NCBI GenBank assembly: GCA_016839555.1
Contig: JAEOUA010000004.1
Coordinates: 1 to 64,000, forward strand
Length of the DNA stretch: 64,000 nt
Direction of reading: 5' to 3'
Source: Promethearchaeota archaeon
GTDB taxonomy: Archaea; Asgardarchaeota; Lokiarchaeia; Sigyniarchaeales; SOKP01
Shown here: piece by piece, positions 20,035 to 30,224 of the stretch
How positions within the stretch are numbered: the first letter of the stretch is position 1
Layout: the number at the start of each line of letters is the position of its first letter
Notes under the pieces: model-generated
The model's database searches: none
Seen by the model: the letters and a program-made list of their open reading frames with translations, nothing else
What the model was told of the DNA's origin: nothing
Made by a program: the position numbers and the translations under genes

Positions 20035-20904
20035 TTGCTAAATTCAAAGATATATTCTAATTTCTATAATATTCTTGAAATTGGCGATACTCATCCCACT
20101 GTGATAATGGGGGTAATTAATTTAAGTCCAGAATCATTTTATAAAGGGTCTATATATAAGGGTGTAGAGGTAATCAAAAATGCTGCAGAAGAAATGATTT
20201 TTAATGGAGCAAAAATGCTTGATATTGGAGCAAGATCTACTGCACCTTGGTCTAAGAAAATATCTATTCAAGAGGAAAAAGAAAGGATTATCCCTGCTCT
20301 TGAAATTATTTCAGAATTTATTGATAATAACTTTATTTTATCGATTGACACCCAATACCGTGAAATAGCAGAGATAGCTTACGATCTAGCAAATAAATTT
20401 AAGAAAAAGATTATCATAAATGATGTGAGTTGCTTAAAAACAGATCCCAAATTAATTGATTTTATAATATCTCATGAAATTCCAATCATCTTGATGGCAT
20501 CAAAAAAAATTCCCGGCGATTTATGTAAAATTGAAGAAATCATAGAAGAGCTGGGGAAAACAATAAATTTACTAAAAAATAAAGGTTATAATGAACAAAA
20601 CATTATTATAGATCCAGGGATAGGGCATTGGGTGGAAAAAAAAACTTATGAATATGATTTAAAAATAATAAATAATCTCCAAAAACTTCGAGTACTTCAA
20701 AGACCAATTTTAGTTGCTATATCTCGAAAATCTTTTATTGGCAATGTTTTAAAAATTGATGATCCTAAAGATAGACTATCTGGCAGCTTATCATCAACAG
20801 CAATAGCCGTTTATAATGGTGCCCACATTATTAGGACTCATGATGTAAATAAAAATCTTTTAGATATTATTAAAATGGCGGAGGCTATTAGAAAAAATCA
20901 ATAA
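20035..20904 (+). CDS. folP: Dihydropteroate synthase
   Basis: IMGVINLSPESF, DIGARST, SIDT, INDVS, IDPGIG, SRKSF, IIRTHDV. Confidence 0.95.
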   Translation: MLNSKIYSNFYNILEIGDTHPTVIMGVINLSPESFYKGSIYKGVEVIKNAAEEMIFNGAKMLDIGARSTAPWSKKISIQEEKERIIPALEIISEFIDNNFILSIDTQYREIAEIAYDLANKFKKKIIINDVSCLKTDPKLIDFIISHEIPIILMASKKIPGDLCKIEEIIEELGKTINLLKNKGYNEQNIIIDPGIGHWVEKKTYEYDLKIINNLQKLRVLQRPILVAISRKSFIGNVLKIDDPKDRLSGSLSSTAIAVYNGAHIIRTHDVNKNLLDIIKMAEAIRKNQ

Positions 20905-20937
20905 TTAAATAACTATTAATTTAATTATTATATATAT

Positions 20938-22152
20938 ATGACTTTACCATTAGAAAATATTCTGATAATTGATTTAAGCAGAATGCTTCCAGGACCATAT
21001 TGTAGTATGATATTAGCAGATTTAGGAGCTGAAGTCATTCGCGTTGAAAATCCTAAATTTCCATATGGTAATCCTCCTCCATTCTATCAAAAAGGTAGAT
21101 ATCGTGTGAGCGCATTTAATACAATTTTAATGCGCAATAAAAAATCTATGGCTCTTAATCTTAAGAAGAAAGAGGGGCGAGACATCTTTTATAAATTAGT
21201 AAAAGATGCTGATGTTGTTTTAGAGACATTTCGCCCTGGAGTTGTTGATGATTTAGAAATAGACTACAATACAATATCTAAAATAAATAATGGGATAATT
21301 TATTGTTCCCTTTCTGGGTATGGTCAAGATGGTCCTTATAGGAGGAGAGCTGGTCATGATTTAAATTATGTGGGGCTTTGTGGTATTTTGGATTTAAATA
21401 GAGAAAGAAAAGTCTATGGAAATGAAAATCAAAAAAGAAAACCTATAGTGCCTGGTATTCAAGCAGCAGATATAGGAGGGGGTCTAATGGCTACTATCGC
21501 AATTCTTGGAGCGGTTATTGAGAGAGAAAAAAATCCTAACAGAGATGGACAATATATTGATGTGGCAATGTTAGATATCTCTTTTTCATTTATGCCAATG
21601 GCAGCAGCCTTTCATTTTTCAAAGGATAAAAAAGGTATGATCATACCAGAAAATCCGTTACACGGCTCCGCACCATATTATCAAACTTATGAAACCATGG
21701 ATAATAAATATTTATCAGTAGGGGCAATCGAGATGAAGTTTTGGTATCAATTATGCGAAGGGTTAGGGCGTGAAGATTTAAAATTAAAACAAGGAGCAAG
21801 CGGAAAAGAAAGAGAAAAAGTTTTTAAAGAAGTTCAAAACGAATTTTTAAAAAAAACCCAAGCAGAATGGATGGAAATCTTTAAGGATATGGATGCATGT
21901 GTAGCCCCTATAAAAGATTTCGGAGAAGCATGCGAAGATCCGCAAATTAAGGCCAGAAATATGGTTGTAAAGCAAATGCATCCTAAAATTGGAGAAATCA
22001 AAAATGTAGCATCGCCTATAAAATATTCAAGAACTACTTTAAGCATTAAAACTTTAGCTCCTAAAGTGGGAGGACAAACCAAGACTATATTGGCATCGTT
22101 GGGATTCTCTAAGATGGATATCAAAGAATTTAAAAAAAATGGTATAATCTAA
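20938..22152 (+). CDS. CaiB/BaiF family III CoA-transferase
   Basis: DLSRMLPGPYCSMILADLGAEVIRVE, RNKKS, SGYGQDGPY..RAGHD. Confidence 0.95.
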   Translation: MTLPLENILIIDLSRMLPGPYCSMILADLGAEVIRVENPKFPYGNPPPFYQKGRYRVSAFNTILMRNKKSMALNLKKKEGRDIFYKLVKDADVVLETFRPGVVDDLEIDYNTISKINNGIIYCSLSGYGQDGPYRRRAGHDLNYVGLCGILDLNRERKVYGNENQKRKPIVPGIQAADIGGGLMATIAILGAVIEREKNPNRDGQYIDVAMLDISFSFMPMAAAFHFSKDKKGMIIPENPLHGSAPYYQTYETMDNKYLSVGAIEMKFWYQLCEGLGREDLKLKQGASGKEREKVFKEVQNEFLKKTQAEWMEIFKDMDACVAPIKDFGEACEDPQIKARNMVVKQMHPKIGEIKNVASPIKYSRTTLSIKTLAPKVGGQTKTILASLGFSKMDIKEFKKNGII

Positions 22153-22244
22153 TTAGTTTAATAAAAAATTATCACGATAGTTTTAATACATTTTATTTTT
22201 ATATATCCTATAAGTTTCTCAAACTCTAATAAACCCTTATTATA

Positions 22245-23870
22245 ATGTCGAAAGAATTAGATGATTCTAAAAAAAGAGATATTTCTAATAATTCAAAAGA
22301 AGAAGACACAAACTTTCAAGTAAGTGAAAAACATACACTTGAAGAACCTTTTGAAGATAAAGAGAGAGAAAGAAAAGAAAAAGCTGTTATAATCGAAGCG
22401 CAAGTATATAAAACAATAATACTATATGCCAGTAGATATGCTAATAAATCAATACCGAAAGAAGATTGGAAAGAAATCTATGGAATGTTAATTGGGTATA
22501 CTGATGAAGAATTAGTTTATGTGGAACGAGCAGAGGCTCTCACTTTTGGACATGCTACAGATGTACAATTAGATGAGCGACATTATGCTTTTATTGAAGA
22601 AATTGAAAATAAATTATACAAAGAAAACAATAATAGGTTCATTGTTGGGTGGTTTCATTCACATCCTGGATTAAATCTATTTTTTTCGTATATAGACTTA
22701 ATCAATCATTTAGGATTTCAAGGTAAAAACCCAGACGCAATCGGATTAGTCTTTGATCATGAACTCCTTGGAAAAAAGAAATTAGAAAAAGTAGAGGGAA
22801 CAGAACATAAAATAACAAAATATGAAACCGGTTTTGAGATTTATAGAATAAATGATATAACTATGGATGTTAATTCTCCTGAATTTGACAATAATTATCA
22901 TTCTGTAGATTATGTTGTAAAAGGACTTAATAAATTTTTCTTTGCAAATGTATTATCTGAATTATCGGCGTTAGTAAGCGCAGGCAAGCCCTTACAATCG
23001 GCTTATGGCGAGGATTTTACCTTAGATTCTGATTTCAGTAGCAAAAATGAAAGTCAAGATAAAAAAGGAATGGGGAATATTTTTAAACAGAAAGAATTTG
23101 GAGATTTTAATAGTGATATCTTAGAAGAAATCCCTAAAGATAATGATATTTCTTTTAATGGAGAGGAATTATTTTATGGGGAGAAAAAAGAAGAATTTGA
23201 TCATATAAAAATAAAAGAAGAAACTGCCGAACAATTAATTTATGAAGGAAATGAGGCTTTTAAAAAGAATGATGTATTTCAAGGTGTCGAAAAATATCGA
23301 AATGCCATTGAGGTTTATGAGGATATTGGAAATTCTCAGAGAATTTTAGAATTATTAAAATCTGTATCAGAAAATTGCATTTCCAGCAATCATTTAATTT
23401 TAGCTCAGGAATTCACTGAAAAATTATTAAGGCTAGCTAAGAAAGAAAATCAACCATTTTATGAAGGTGAAGCTAATTATTTAAGAGGATATATATTATT
23501 AAAACAAGATCAAAATGAAAATATTCAAGAAGCTCTAATTATAATACAAAATGCAGCAGTAATTTTCGAAGATGCTGAAGATTATGTTGGAGCAGCTTTA
23601 TGTTTTCATAAAATTGGTACAATTTATCAGTCACCCTTAGAAAAATTTGAAAACTGTTGCCTTTTTTATGAAGAAGCAATTGAAAATTATAACAAGGCTA
23701 TAATTAAGAGCCATCCTCTAAGAAAAACGATGTGGACCAAACCAGATAGATTAGTTCAAAAAATTTTAGATCTCAAAGAAAAGATAGAAAAATTGCTCCC
23801 GAAGGTAAAAGATCTTCATATAAAAAATATGGTAAAAGAAAACTTAGAAAATCTCGATTATAATTTTTAA
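22245..23870 (+). CDS. JAB/MPN (JAMM) metalloprotease domain fused to C-terminal TPR/SNAP-like helical repeats
   Basis: KEIYGMLIG ... GWFHSHPGLNLFFSYID (E-x-HxH-x7-S-x2-D intact); TPR-like helices from about aa 325. Confidence 0.85.
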   Translation: MSKELDDSKKRDISNNSKEEDTNFQVSEKHTLEEPFEDKERERKEKAVIIEAQVYKTIILYASRYANKSIPKEDWKEIYGMLIGYTDEELVYVERAEALTFGHATDVQLDERHYAFIEEIENKLYKENNNRFIVGWFHSHPGLNLFFSYIDLINHLGFQGKNPDAIGLVFDHELLGKKKLEKVEGTEHKITKYETGFEIYRINDITMDVNSPEFDNNYHSVDYVVKGLNKFFFANVLSELSALVSAGKPLQSAYGEDFTLDSDFSSKNESQDKKGMGNIFKQKEFGDFNSDILEEIPKDNDISFNGEELFYGEKKEEFDHIKIKEETAEQLIYEGNEAFKKNDVFQGVEKYRNAIEVYEDIGNSQRILELLKSVSENCISSNHLILAQEFTEKLLRLAKKENQPFYEGEANYLRGYILLKQDQNENIQEALIIIQNAAVIFEDAEDYVGAALCFHKIGTIYQSPLEKFENCCLFYEEAIENYNKAIIKSHPLRKTMWTKPDRLVQKILDLKEKIEKLLPKVKDLHIKNMVKENLENLDYNF

Positions 23871-23962
23871 CTATTATTAGGGTTTAATCTATTAAAAGAT
23901 AAAATAAAAAAAAATTTATTTTATAATTCATTCCTTTTTATATACACTATTTTTAAGAGTAA

Positions 23963-24670
23963 GTGATTAATATTCCTCGTAGAAAAAGAAAATTAAAATA
24001 TTCAAGAAAATACGCTTGTAAATATTTAGAACCAATGGGAGATATTTCGAGTAGTCGACAACCTTTATGTTATTGTACAGAAAGAGACTTAGTTCTTGGG
24101 ACAAAGGCTTATATATGCCAAGTGTGTTCGCTTTATTCAAAAACAAATACGAAAATTACGGAAGTTTATCAAGAAAGTAAAGCGGAGGCAGACAAATTAA
24201 TTGAGGAAGAGGAAGTAGAAGAAATAGAAATTGAAGAATTAGAAGAGGAAGAAGAAATAGATTTGTCTGTTGAAGAATTTGAAGAGGAAGAAATAATAAT
24301 AGAAAGATATGAACAAAAAAGAGCGGGTAAAGCAATAGAAGAAGCTGAGGAATTTGCTGAGATGGAATGCCCTTTTTGCGGAGAGCTTTTTGATAATCTC
24401 GCCACTCATATTAGGGAGTGTGAGTTCGCACCTGATGATGTTGATATAGAGGATTATCTTCCTTCTCGAAAACCTAAAAAGGAAAAAAAAGAAGAGAAAG
24501 CAATTGAGAAAGATGAAGATAAACTTAAGTGTCCTTATTGTGGAAAAACGTATGCACGCTTAGGAAGGCATTTACCTTATTGTGAAGAAAGACCTGATGA
24601 CGCTGATGAAGAGCTTGAAGAAAAATACAAAGATGGTAAAATTGATTTAACTGAATTTAAAAAAGATTAA
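23963..24670 (+). CDS. Hypothetical Zn-binding protein with Cys-rich N-terminus, poly-Glu linker and two C2HC-type fingers
   Basis: CKY..CYC..CQVC; EEEEVEEIEIEELEEEEE; CPFC-x8-H..EC and CPYC-x8-H..YC. Confidence 0.7.
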   Translation: MINIPRRKRKLKYSRKYACKYLEPMGDISSSRQPLCYCTERDLVLGTKAYICQVCSLYSKTNTKITEVYQESKAEADKLIEEEEVEEIEIEELEEEEEIDLSVEEFEEEEIIIERYEQKRAGKAIEEAEEFAEMECPFCGELFDNLATHIRECEFAPDDVDIEDYLPSRKPKKEKKEEKAIEKDEDKLKCPYCGKTYARLGRHLPYCEERPDDADEELEEKYKDGKIDLTEFKKD

Positions 24671-24676
24671 TAATTT

Positions 24677-25594
24677 ATGTCTAATCAAATTTATTATTGC
24701 AAACCTGTATTTAGACCCCCATCTGAAGCAAGATCATTATTAATTCAACTTACAGAAGGATGTACTTACCAATGCGATTTTTGCATGTCTAATTTGAGAA
24801 AAGAATTTAGAATTAGATCAGTTGATGCTGTTAAAAAAGATTTAGATAACGCTCGTAAAATATATGGAATGAATGTAAATAGAATCTTTTTTTTAGACGG
24901 GAATGCAATGGTAACTCCCACAAATAAACTATTAGAAGTGACTAACTACGCGTTTGAATTATTTCCGAACCTTGAAAGATGTGGTGTATATGCTCATTCA
25001 AAAGATATTTTGAAGAAATCAGATGAACAACTTGCTAAGCTTTCAAAAGCAGGATTGAAAATTGCATATGTGGGATTCGAATCAGGTTATGATGCATTAC
25101 TCAACGCAGTGAATAAACATGCAACCAAACAAGATCATATAGAAGCTTCTAAAAAGTTAATGAACGCAAATATTACATTATCAGCAACCTTAATTAACGG
25201 GCTTGGAGGTGCGAATAATCCTGAAATTAGTGAAAAGCATGCAATCGAATCTGCAGATCTTGTAAATACAATTTGCCCAGATGATGAAAGGCTCTGGTAT
25301 GTTGCTTTTTTAACTTTAATGGTTCCACCTGGAACAGAAGTGTTTAAAAAAAAGGTCACTGGAAGGTTTCAGGAAATGAATTCCACTCAAATCCTTCAAG
25401 AGCTCAAAATTTTTATTAGTAATATTGGTTTTAAGAATAAAAATGCTAATTGTATTTTTAGATCGAATCATGCTTCAAATTATTTACCTCTAAAAGGCAT
25501 ATTAGAGCGTGATAAAAAAAAAATTTTAAATGTGATCGATTATGGTCTTTCTCATCAAGAAAGTTTAAGACCAGAATTTTACCGTGCTCTTTAA
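24677..25594 (+). CDS. Radical SAM protein, function unknown
   Basis: FRPPSEA..LIQLTEGCTYQCDFC (CxxxCxxC), FLDGNA, GFESG, FRSNHASNY. Confidence 0.92.
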   Translation: MSNQIYYCKPVFRPPSEARSLLIQLTEGCTYQCDFCMSNLRKEFRIRSVDAVKKDLDNARKIYGMNVNRIFFLDGNAMVTPTNKLLEVTNYAFELFPNLERCGVYAHSKDILKKSDEQLAKLSKAGLKIAYVGFESGYDALLNAVNKHATKQDHIEASKKLMNANITLSATLINGLGGANNPEISEKHAIESADLVNTICPDDERLWYVAFLTLMVPPGTEVFKKKVTGRFQEMNSTQILQELKIFISNIGFKNKNANCIFRSNHASNYLPLKGILERDKKKILNVIDYGLSHQESLRPEFYRAL

Positions 25595-25746
25595 TCTTAA
25601 TATTTCTCTAATCTGTTTTCTAACCTTAGGGTGTAGTATTTATAAACAACAGAAAAATTTTTAATTTATAAATGAAGTTATCTTAAAAATTATCTAGTAT
25701 TATACATATTATTCTTAATTCAAAATTCTTAATGAAATGAAAAAAA

Positions 25747-26379
25747 ATGGAAAATAAAAAAATTACTTTACTCGTGGGCTCACCGCGTAAAAATCAAAGC
25801 TGCAATTTTTTAATTGATAAAGCGATTGAAGGAATTAAATCCATTTCAGAGAATATAATTATTAATAAGATTTATGTTACCGATTTCAATATAACCCCTT
25901 GTAATGGATGCAATAATTGCTTAAGGGACCCTTATGAATGCCCATTAGCAGAGAAAGATGATACTAAAAAATTAGAATCATTTATACTTAATTCGGATGC
26001 ACTTTTAATCGCCTCGCCTAGTTATTTTGGAAGTGTTTCTGCACAAATAAAAATAATTATTGATAGATCTCGTCCATGGAAGATGAATAATTATCAATTA
26101 AAAAACGTAATATTCGCGCCTTTAGTTGCTACGGGGACAAGAAATGATGCTGCAGGTGGTGTTATTTCAGATTTAATTAATTTTGCTCTTATTCAGGGTA
26201 TGATTGTTGTCGGAGCTTTAGGAAATCCTGTCATTGATCAAAATATACCCATTACTAGTCTTCAGAAATATAACAGAAAAGAATTTTTAGGTAAGGACGA
26301 AATTGACGAATTAGGTGGAATAATAGCTATTAATTTGGGGAAAAGAGTAGCAGAATTACTGAATTATATCAAAAAATAA
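25747..26379 (+). CDS. Iron-sulfur flavoprotein / NADPH-dependent FMN reductase family
   Basis: GSPRK, CNGCNNC...C cluster motif, SPSYFG, IDR. Confidence 0.88.
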   Translation: MENKKITLLVGSPRKNQSCNFLIDKAIEGIKSISENIIINKIYVTDFNITPCNGCNNCLRDPYECPLAEKDDTKKLESFILNSDALLIASPSYFGSVSAQIKIIIDRSRPWKMNNYQLKNVIFAPLVATGTRNDAAGGVISDLINFALIQGMIVVGALGNPVIDQNIPITSLQKYNRKEFLGKDEIDELGGIIAINLGKRVAELLNYIKK

Positions 26380-26433
26380 GTAATAAAAAATAAAAAATTT
26401 TAATTATTTTATTTTTTCATCATATTTCAATAT

Positions 26434-26757
26434 TTATAATGGGTCTTCTTCTTTATCACTTTGGAGATCTAAAGAATTAGAAGAGCTCTCTTCGAATAAA
26501 TCCTCATCGTATTTAGATTTTCCTCCTATTGGTTTATCTCCTGGCCAATAACTATTAATAATAATCCCAGCAATGATAAGAATAACACAGATCACTATAT
26601 AGAATATTATATTAAATTGTGGAGCAATACTCAAAACAGCGGTAATCCAAGCCACCATGAAAAATCCTATAGGACTAAGGAAAGGAAAAAAGAAGAGCAT
26701 TATACCACCCATGGCGTTAACAAAATTTTGTAATGCATCAAATAATAGAAAGAACAT
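26434..26757 (-). CDS. Small membrane protein, hypothetical
   Basis: Two to three hydrophobic segments and an acidic tail; last gene of a tightly spaced three-gene operon. Confidence 0.7.
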   Translation of the reverse strand: MFFLLFDALQNFVNAMGGIMLFFFPFLSPIGFFMVAWITAVLSIAPQFNIIFYIVICVILIIAGIIINSYWPGDKPIGGKSKYDEDLFEESSSNSLDLQSDKEEDPL

Positions 26758-26759
26758 TT

Positions 26760-27305
26760 TTATTTCATCAACCTCTCTGCTCTAATTTTTTCTCTATTTA
26801 ATGTAAAATCTACAAGATCATAAGTCTTTATAATTATTGTAAGGAAATAAATACCCATGTATAACATTAAAAAGTCTGCTAAGAACACATTTACAATTGC
26901 TTTAAAGAAATCATCGAAACCTATAGATCCTCCTCCTAGAATTATTTCATAAGGTGTTTTAAATGGTTGGAAAATAAATAATTGTACATCTGTTCCTCCA
27001 CTAAACTTATAGCTCCATATATATAAGCAATTTACTAGAATTTGAACTAAAGCAAACACTCCTTTTCTAATTGACTGTTTTGGACTTGAATAATTAAGAA
27101 AAGCGAATCCACTGACCAAAAGGCCAAAAGCGGTGAGCCAATAAACAATTCTCTCATATTGATATTGAGAAAGTCCAACTGGTATTCCTTGAAATTCTAT
27201 ATTTTTGATTGCTGTGAATACGATGGCAGGCACAACAATGGTAATAACTATATATGCCCCAAATCCTCCAAATCCTTTTAATATATTTTTAATTGCTGTT
27301 TTCAT
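26760..27305 (-). CDS. Four-TM membrane protein, hypothetical
   Basis: Hydrophobic segments; G-rich SD upstream of the ATG. Confidence 0.75.
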   Translation of the reverse strand: MKTAIKNILKGFGGFGAYIVITIVVPAIVFTAIKNIEFQGIPVGLSQYQYERIVYWLTAFGLLVSGFAFLNYSSPKQSIRKGVFALVQILVNCLYIWSYKFSGGTDVQLFIFQPFKTPYEIILGGGSIGFDDFFKAIVNVFLADFLMLYMGIYFLTIIIKTYDLVDFTLNREKIRAERLMK

Positions 27306-27325
27306 GTTTTAAAACCCCCCTCTCT

Positions 27326-27961
27326 TTAAAATAATCCCTCCAGTGGATATTGAAATACAAGCACATTAAAATGGATGAGATCTAAAGAATAGGACGCTGA
27401 AAAATAGACATCTATATAGAATTTAACTGTCGGATTAGTAACAGTAACAGGAGCAAAATTCGTTATATTATATTTCGCAATAAACGTTTGTTGAGGAGCT
27501 ATTGCACCATATAACAATCCAAAAGGGATAAAACTTATATGAATGACACCTCTATCACCAACTCCTGTGCCATTAAACATAGTTATAGCTATTCCAAGTG
27601 TAAATTCACTTAAGTCAAAATATCCTGCATTTCTTATTTTAAAAGGTATTGAGATATATAAATCAGATAAATTCCCGGCAATAAGGGCATCAACAATATT
27701 TTCCTCTATATCTATATTAAAAGGTAGACCATATTCTGTTAAATTTAAAATATAAGGAAATGCAATATTATTTCGATTATTTTGGGCACCTGCAGGATCA
27801 AAAGGATCTCCTATCCCTGTGATGGTTGTATCTTGTCCCCCCAGTATTTGAACCGCTGATAAACCTCCTAAAATTGAAACGGCTGACATGGACAGTGTAA
27901 GAAATAGTACGAAAATTCTAACAATCCATCGAAAGATTCTCGATTTTCTAATTTTAATCAA
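27326..27961 (-). CDS. Membrane-anchored beta-rich protein (possibly LEA_2/WHy-like)
   Basis: N-terminal TM, then ISIPFKIRNAGYFDLSEFTLGIAI beta-strand pattern. Confidence 0.6.
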   Translation of the reverse strand: MIKIRKSRIFRWIVRIFVLFLTLSMSAVSILGGLSAVQILGGQDTTITGIGDPFDPAGAQNNRNNIAFPYILNLTEYGLPFNIDIEENIVDALIAGNLSDLYISIPFKIRNAGYFDLSEFTLGIAITMFNGTGVGDRGVIHISFIPFGLLYGAIAPQQTFIAKYNITNFAPVTVTNPTVKFYIDVYFSASYSLDLIHFNVLVFQYPLEGLF

Positions 27962-28141
27962 CTACTTTTTTGATTAGATTTGATTTAAATAAATATTTTT
28001 AATAATTATATTTATAATTTTCTTATTTATATTTTTTATATTTTTTCTATTTATTTAAACAATTAAATTTCTAAGCAATTAAAAACAATTTAAACTAAAT
28101 ATTTGTAAATGCAATATATCAAATTTAATAAGACTAAATAG

Positions 28142-30070
28142 TTGTTGAATATGGGACATACTCTAACAGAAAAAATCATAACTAAGCATTTACTTGAAGG
28201 AAAATTAATCAAAGGAGAAAATATAGGAATTAAAATAGATCAAACGCTTACTCAAGATGCAACGGGCACGCTGGCATATCTTCAATTCGAAAGTATGGGC
28301 GTATCTAAGGCAAAGACCGAGTTATCAGTGAGCTACGTAGATCATAATACATTACAAACAGATTATAGAAATGCGGATGATCATCGATATCTTAAAAGTA
28401 TAGCTGCGAAATATGGACTATATTTTTCAAAACCTGGAAATGGGATTTGTCATCAACTTCATTTGGAACGATTTTCAATACCCGGAAAAACTCTATTAGG
28501 AAGTGATAGTCATACCCCAACTTGTGGAGGAATTGGAATGCTTGCTATTGGTGCGGGTGGTTTGGATGTTGCTGCAGCAATGGCAGGCGAACTTTTTTAT
28601 TTTAAAATGCCTCAAATCATTAATATGCATTTAATCGGTGAACTTTCCAAATTTATTTCAGCTAAAGATATTATATTAGAAATATTGAAAAGATTAGATG
28701 TTAAAGGCGCTGTAAATAGGATTTTAGAATATACAGGTCCCGGGATTAAGAGCTTATCAGTTCCAGAGCGAGCAACAATAACAAATATGGGAACTGAAAC
28801 AGGTGCTACAACCTCAATATTTCCTTCAGATGAAAATACAAAAAAGTTCCTATATGCTCAACAAAGAGTAAATGATTGGAAGGAATTAAAATCTGATGAA
28901 GATGCTACTTATGATGGAAAAATAGAGATGGAATTGAACGAGATTGAGCCTATGATTGCCTTACCTCATAGCCCAGGTAATGTAAAGCCTGTAAAGGAAG
29001 TTGAGGGGGTTCCTATTGATCAAATTTGCATAGGAAGTTGTACAAATTCCAGTTTAAGAGACTTGAAAATAGTCGCAAATATCTTTAAAAATCGAAAAAT
29101 AAAAGATGATGTAAGTGTCACAATTTCTCCAGGTTCAAGACAAGTTGTGAACCATTTAATTAAATCTGGGGAGATGTCTTACTTGATAAAAGCAGGAGCA
29201 AGGATTTTAGAAAATGCATGCGGACCTTGTATAGGTATGGGGCAAGCCCCCTCCACCGATTCAGTTTCTCTACGAACCTTTAATAGAAATTTTATCGGAA
29301 GATCCGGTACAAAAAGTGCGAGTGTTTATCTTGTAAGTCCCGAAACCGCAGCAGTTTCCGCTTTAATGGGAAAAATTACGGATCCTCGAACTTTCGATCA
29401 TTCAATAGAAATTACTATGCCAGAAAAATTTATTATTAATGATAATATGATTGTTCCCCCTTCAAGCACTCCTGAAAAAGTTAAAATAATTCGTGGTCCA
29501 AATATAAAACCCTTACCTTCTTTTCCTCCATTAAAAGATAAATTAAAGGGGGAAATCCTGCTTAAAGTGGGCGATAATATTACTACTGATCATATTATGC
29601 CTGCTGGGGCTAAAATTTTACCATTGAGGAGTAATATTCCAGCGATTAGTGAGTATGTATTTAATATTATTGATTCGAGTTTTTCAAATCGAGCCTTAAA
29701 TAGAAACGGGGGATTTATTGTTGGGGGAGATAATTACGGTCAAGGATCAAGTCGAGAGCATGCCGCTATAGCTCCTAAATATTTAGGAATTAAAGCTATT
29801 ATCGCAAAATCCTTTGCTCGCATCCATTTAGATAATTTAATTAATTTCGGAATTGTCCCACTTACATTTAACAATCTAAAAGATTATCAATCCCTTGATC
29901 AAGGTGATATTATAGAAATTGATTTAACTTCGTTAGAATTGGATAAAGTTGTAATTCATAACCTTACTAAAAATAATAAAATAACAACAAAACATAACTT
30001 AGATAAAAGATCCCTTCAAATTCTTAAAGTAGGGGGAAAATTACCCTATATTAGACAAAAACAAAATTAA
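28142..30070 (+). CDS. Single-chain aconitase-family hydratase (aconitate hydratase)
   Basis: DHN, GICHQ, GSDSHT, IGSCTN, CGPCIG (three Fe-S Cys), TTDHI, NYGQGSSREHA; ATG at 28151 is an alternative start. Confidence 0.93.
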   Translation: MLNMGHTLTEKIITKHLLEGKLIKGENIGIKIDQTLTQDATGTLAYLQFESMGVSKAKTELSVSYVDHNTLQTDYRNADDHRYLKSIAAKYGLYFSKPGNGICHQLHLERFSIPGKTLLGSDSHTPTCGGIGMLAIGAGGLDVAAAMAGELFYFKMPQIINMHLIGELSKFISAKDIILEILKRLDVKGAVNRILEYTGPGIKSLSVPERATITNMGTETGATTSIFPSDENTKKFLYAQQRVNDWKELKSDEDATYDGKIEMELNEIEPMIALPHSPGNVKPVKEVEGVPIDQICIGSCTNSSLRDLKIVANIFKNRKIKDDVSVTISPGSRQVVNHLIKSGEMSYLIKAGARILENACGPCIGMGQAPSTDSVSLRTFNRNFIGRSGTKSASVYLVSPETAAVSALMGKITDPRTFDHSIEITMPEKFIINDNMIVPPSSTPEKVKIIRGPNIKPLPSFPPLKDKLKGEILLKVGDNITTDHIMPAGAKILPLRSNIPAISEYVFNIIDSSFSNRALNRNGGFIVGGDNYGQGSSREHAAIAPKYLGIKAIIAKSFARIHLDNLINFGIVPLTFNNLKDYQSLDQGDIIEIDLTSLELDKVVIHNLTKNNKITTKHNLDKRSLQILKVGGKLPYIRQKQN

Positions 30071-30188
30071 AAATAAACTATTTAATTTTGAAGATTTTAA
30101 TAGTTTAAAAATAGTGAAGTGTAAAATATTTAAAAAAAGATTATTTTTTTAATTTTTTATTTTTATTGGTCACACTCACGCAGAGTGA

Positions 30189-30224
30189 ATCCCCAATCTT
30201 CTACCATTTATAAGATTGAGTCAT
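30189..30224 (-). promoter_or_regulatory. Eukaryote-type SECIS element in the 3' UTR
   Basis: Minus strand reads AUGA-CUCAAUCUU-AUAAAUGGUAG-AAGAUUGGG-GAU: UGA/GAU non-Watson-Crick core, 9-bp helix (8 WC plus 1 GU), apical AAA; begins 4 nt after the stop of a TGA-containing ORF. Confidence 0.8.
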
